Shown in pieces: positions 59,675 through 64,000 of a stretch of DNA of 64,000 nucleotides. The DNA lies in the NCBI GenBank assembly GCA_951406725.2, contig OX597818.1, forward strand, positions 86,056,001-86,120,000. Direction: 5' to 3'. The stretch comes from Octopus vulgaris. Lineage: Eukaryota. Position 1 is the stretch's first letter. Every line of letters starts with the position of its first letter. The notes under the pieces were generated by a model. It did no database searches and had not been told where the DNA came from. It was given only the letters and a program-made list of their open reading frames with translations. The position numbers and the translations under genes are program-made.

Positions 59675-60822
59675 ACTGGAACAGGAAATTAAGGAGGCGT
59701 TTAGTAACTGCGTGTCGTAAGCGCCATCTAGGCTATTTTCCAAGTTAGTATATCATTTTCTTTGTCTCGACGTCTAGAATCTGAAAAAGTTGGGAGGAAG
59801 AACAGGTGAGGCTTGGAATAAGGTCGAAAATCCGGCTGAAAAAACTGTGCCTCGATGCTATCGACACGACGCTCGCTCACCCAAACACGGACTAGAGAGT
59901 TTAGTAACACACCATCGTAAGCACACACGCTCAATCGAATACGTTTGGTGTGGTCCCTGTATCATTTTTCGAGATGTTATGGCTCATTTTCTAATATTCC
60001 TCGTTACCATCGTAACGATAATGGGCTATTATCTTGCTATATCTTACTATCTAGTCTTACCTCTTGAAGATACTTACCTTGGCATAGTAAAACACAAACA
60101 TTACCTTTGGGACTGGTCCCTATATGTTTTTTCTAGGTATTATGGCTAAAATATGCAATGCAATACACCGTTTCGTAGTACTGGTATATTCTACAAAATG
60201 AGAAAAACGCAGTCATTGTTTCATCTTTCAGATGCATACATAAATAGATAGCTGTACAGAGATGGAATGATTTTCACAGTCATCTTAAGACCAAAACCAA
60301 CTTCCTAACTTCATTCCTTGCCGTGATATCACATTCTGAAATATCGCAAACCTTTGACTGCGTTTTTCTCTGTTTCTAAGTTGTGACGCTTACAACGGTC
60401 TGTTACGAAACGCCTCAAATATTGTCAATAAGTATAGAGATCATCTGTCCTGTAGATGTGAACACTTCATTGAAAATTAGTAACAGGGAGAGCATTTGGC
60501 GATCAACTAAACCCCAAATTTACGTAAGTAGATACTGCGTTTGCGTTTTAGTTTGACACATTGGTGCACTTAGTTGTCTTACTTTATCGTTATTCTTTAC
60601 TTGTTTCAGCCACTAGACTACGGCCATGCTGGAGCACTATCTTGAAGGGCTTTAGCTAAACGAATCGACTCCAGTTCTTATTTTTTTCATAAAGTTCGGT
60701 ACTTATTCTATCGGCTACTATTGCTGAACCGCTAGATTATGGGTTGTAAACATCTCAACATTGGTTGCCAAGCGGGAAACAGCCACAAACACAAAGATAC
60801 ACGCGTAAACACACACCTGCGC

Positions 60823-60890
<68 letters not shown>

Positions 60891-60970
60891 GTCTATCTAC
60901 CTACCTACCTACCTACCTACATACCTACCTACCTATCTGTCTGTCTGTACGTCCGTCCGTCCGTCCGACC

Positions 60971-61067
<97 letters not shown>

Positions 61068-61069
<2 letters not shown>

Positions 61070-61846
61070 AGAGCGACGAAACCGTTCTGCACGCACTCGT
61101 GCAGTGTCCAACAATTTCCGACCTGTGGGCTTGTGTCGAACAACTGCTGTCACGTGTGGGACGAGTCGGTTTATCAGCTGAGTCTATCGTTAATATTGTC
61201 ACGCCTCCCTCCTTCAAACGGGAAGGAAGAGCTATTTTCATCATCCTTGTGGCTATGGCGAAAGAATGTATCTGGTGGACGCGTCTGAAAGGATTGGAGA
61301 CAAACACTTTCCTCTCTGGTCAATCTCTCATCAACTTCTTCAAGTACCACTTGAAAAGGAAAGTGAGAGTAGAGAGGCAAGTTTTGTCTAGCGAACGTTT
61401 TAAAAAAGATGGGTGAATGTAGCAAGAATGGCACGTATGAATGACGAAGCCACCATGAGCATGATCCTATGAACGCAGAAATTGAAAACAGAGAGTTGCT
61501 TATTTGCAAAAAAAAAAAAAAAAAAGAAATATAACATCTGACTCCATTGACCGAGGTTACCGTGGCCTTTTCCGTAGGCTTTTCTTTCCACGGGTAAACC
61601 TCACATGTCCTCCCCTTTACACTTCATATTGACATTTCTGTGATAACGATCCCTATTGATCAATTTTTTTTTTCCTCTCCCCCTTTTTTAACCCCCCTTT
61701 TTTTGTCCTCTTTCTCTCCTTTTACGATCCCTTTTGATCGAAACTCCCCCTTCCTTTCTTTTTTTTTTTTTTAAACCTTCAAAAGAAAAGCTCTACCTTG
61801 TAATTTGTTCTATCTGTGTGCAGCCCTGTGTGGCTAATAAAGAAAC
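61068..61846 (+). mobile_element. Tx1-clade LINE copy 3, independently 5'-truncated, in (TATC)n
   Basis: Starts at TCAGAGCGACGAAACC ([13 protein letters not shown]). Highly similar to copies 1 and 2, with a 1-bp deletion in an A-run near 61405. Same 3' end, TATC on both sides. Confidence 0.9.
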
Positions 61847-61847
61847 A

Positions 61848-61914
<67 letters not shown>

Positions 61915-62081
61915 ATATCTATCTACCTACCTACCTACCTACCTATCTGTTTGTCTGTCTGTCTTCTGTCTGTCTGTCTTCTGTCTGTCTGTCTTCTGTC
62001 TGTCTGTCCGTCCGTCCGTCCGACCGTTTGTCTGTTTGTCTGTCTGTCTGTCTATCTGTCTGTCTATCTATCTATTTATCC

Positions 62082-62149
<68 letters not shown>

Positions 62150-63929
62150 GTCCGTCTGTCTGTCTGTATGCATGTAAGTCTCTCTGTCCGTTATTCTTGA
62201 TATCTATCCGTGTTTGTGTGTGTGTGTGTACGGTAGGATTCCGCTCAGTTTCGATCAACCAAATTCACTCACAAGTCAGTGGTAGGCTTGGCTCTATAGT
62301 ACAAAGTAGATGCCTAAGGTTCGTCGCAGCATGACTGAACCAGAAACTTCGTGGTTACAAAGCGATCTTCTTATCGACCCACACACACATGCCTGTACCT
62401 GTATTAACAAGTGCTACATTGATGATCTGTCAAGGCTGGGGATTGTAGAGAAATAATTTTACTATGCTACATGTAGTTTGTCGATTCAAGTTGTAAGTGG
62501 AAAATGAAAATATGCAAGTTTAGCATGTTTCAGATTTACTTACATTGATATCTAAAATCGATACATATATGCATACAAACACATATACATACACATATAC
62601 GCACACACACACACGTGTGTGTGTGTGTGAGATTGCGTGTTTGCATATCAATTACATTCGTATATGCTGATCTAAAATGATGCATCAAGTTCTGTGCCTG
62701 TACACCGTTCGTAGAGATAGATAAAATATACATTATTAGTAGACAGAAATAAACTCTGAGATCGATGTGATAAGCGAAACCATTGATAGCAGTGCTACAG
62801 CATGGGCGCAGTCAATTAACATAAACCCCCACGTGCGTCGATCTAAATCTGTAATTAAAATGCAACAATGCAGACCACAGAGTTTATCTGTTATTGATGT
62901 ATAACATAAAGAGTGAACTTCTAGACGAGGATAACTTTGAATGTTATACACGCTATGTGAATAACAATGTTTCGTGTCTGTATATTAATGCGTGTATGTG
63001 TGTGTGTGTATGACTATGTGCGTAATGTGTGTGTGCTAGCAAATATGTGTATATCACACTATATGGATAAACAAAGTAAATGTGTGTTCAGTGATGCGTC
63101 TGGTTTTAAATTAGGCAGCCATGTTGCGGAGAAGCGATGTTGTTAAGCAATAGTTTTATGGCGTAGGAGTTAAGAGCAAGGCGAGGAATATTCTACTTCT
63201 GGGACATGTTTGTACAGTTGGATTGGTGACTGGGTTCTAAATAAATACAGCATTAGTTTGCTTTGAAAAGGCGGATTCTAACGAGAGAAGTAGAGCTATC
63301 TATTAAATGAGAATGTAATTAAAATAAGGAACCCAAACCGGTTCATTCCAGTTGAAGCAATTATATAGCCTCGATGCATAACACTGGAATTAATAGTAAA
63401 AGTAGGCACTAGAATACTCGGTAGAAAACTGGAGAATTTTGATTAAAATTACATCCTCAATAATGAGAAAAATCGTATTGTACAAGACTAAAACTGGACA
63501 AAAAATAATAATAATGAAGGGGTGGGTAATAAATTAAAAAATTTAATTAACTGAAATTAATTAAATATCGAATTCACTAGAGTGTGAGTCACTCCTTTAG
63601 CAGTAGAACAATAACTCAAGGTACGTTTCGATCTTATTAACTCTTATCAGTGAGACATTTTCTAATTGTGAATGTTAGAACTAAGAACAAATTCAGAGAT
63701 ATAGGAATTTTGTAAGTTAGTATAGAATGGTGCTATTAATTTTTTTAAAAAAAGCTGATACCAAGGACTGCTTATGGCATTAAAACATGATAGAAAAATT
63801 GGCGGTAGTATAATTAATGTTGGCAAGAACTACATTAAAATTGTTATTTAATTTCAAGTAATATCGTTATAGTTTTCACTGATTCTTTAATTGAAGCATT
63901 ATGCCTCGGATAATCTTGAGTTCCTGTGC

Positions 63930-63962
<33 letters not shown>

Positions 63963-64000
63963 TGTATGTATGTACTTATGTACATACATACGTTCATGCA

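Noticed and set aside
59790-60149. 119-aa ORF with a hydrophobic stretch
   Set aside because: No recognisable domain or splice context; it may lie in an old non-autonomous DNA element whose ends I could not define.

Overview
AT-rich eukaryotic, non-genic DNA, saturated with microsatellites. It is most likely cephalopod/Octopus, inferred from the repeat landscape and the SINE types. No confident host gene is present, and nearly all long ORFs in the track are microsatellite artefacts. The window is a mosaic of mobile elements: young Tx1-clade LINE 3' ends embedded in (TATC)n arrays; R4/Dong-like and RTE/Rex3-like LINE remnants; two Mag-like Gypsy LTR elements; a full-length Tc1-type element with DD36E spacing; mariner and Tigger remnants; nested Helitron-type elements; MITEs; Penelope-like hammerhead-bearing ends; and many modular tRNA-derived SINEs. 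The most notable signal is an apparent (TATC)n-specific Tx1 LINE whose 3' terminus is shared with a recently inserted SINE, suggesting a LINE/SINE partnership. A second is a Gypsy element whose 3' LTR retains a PBS.
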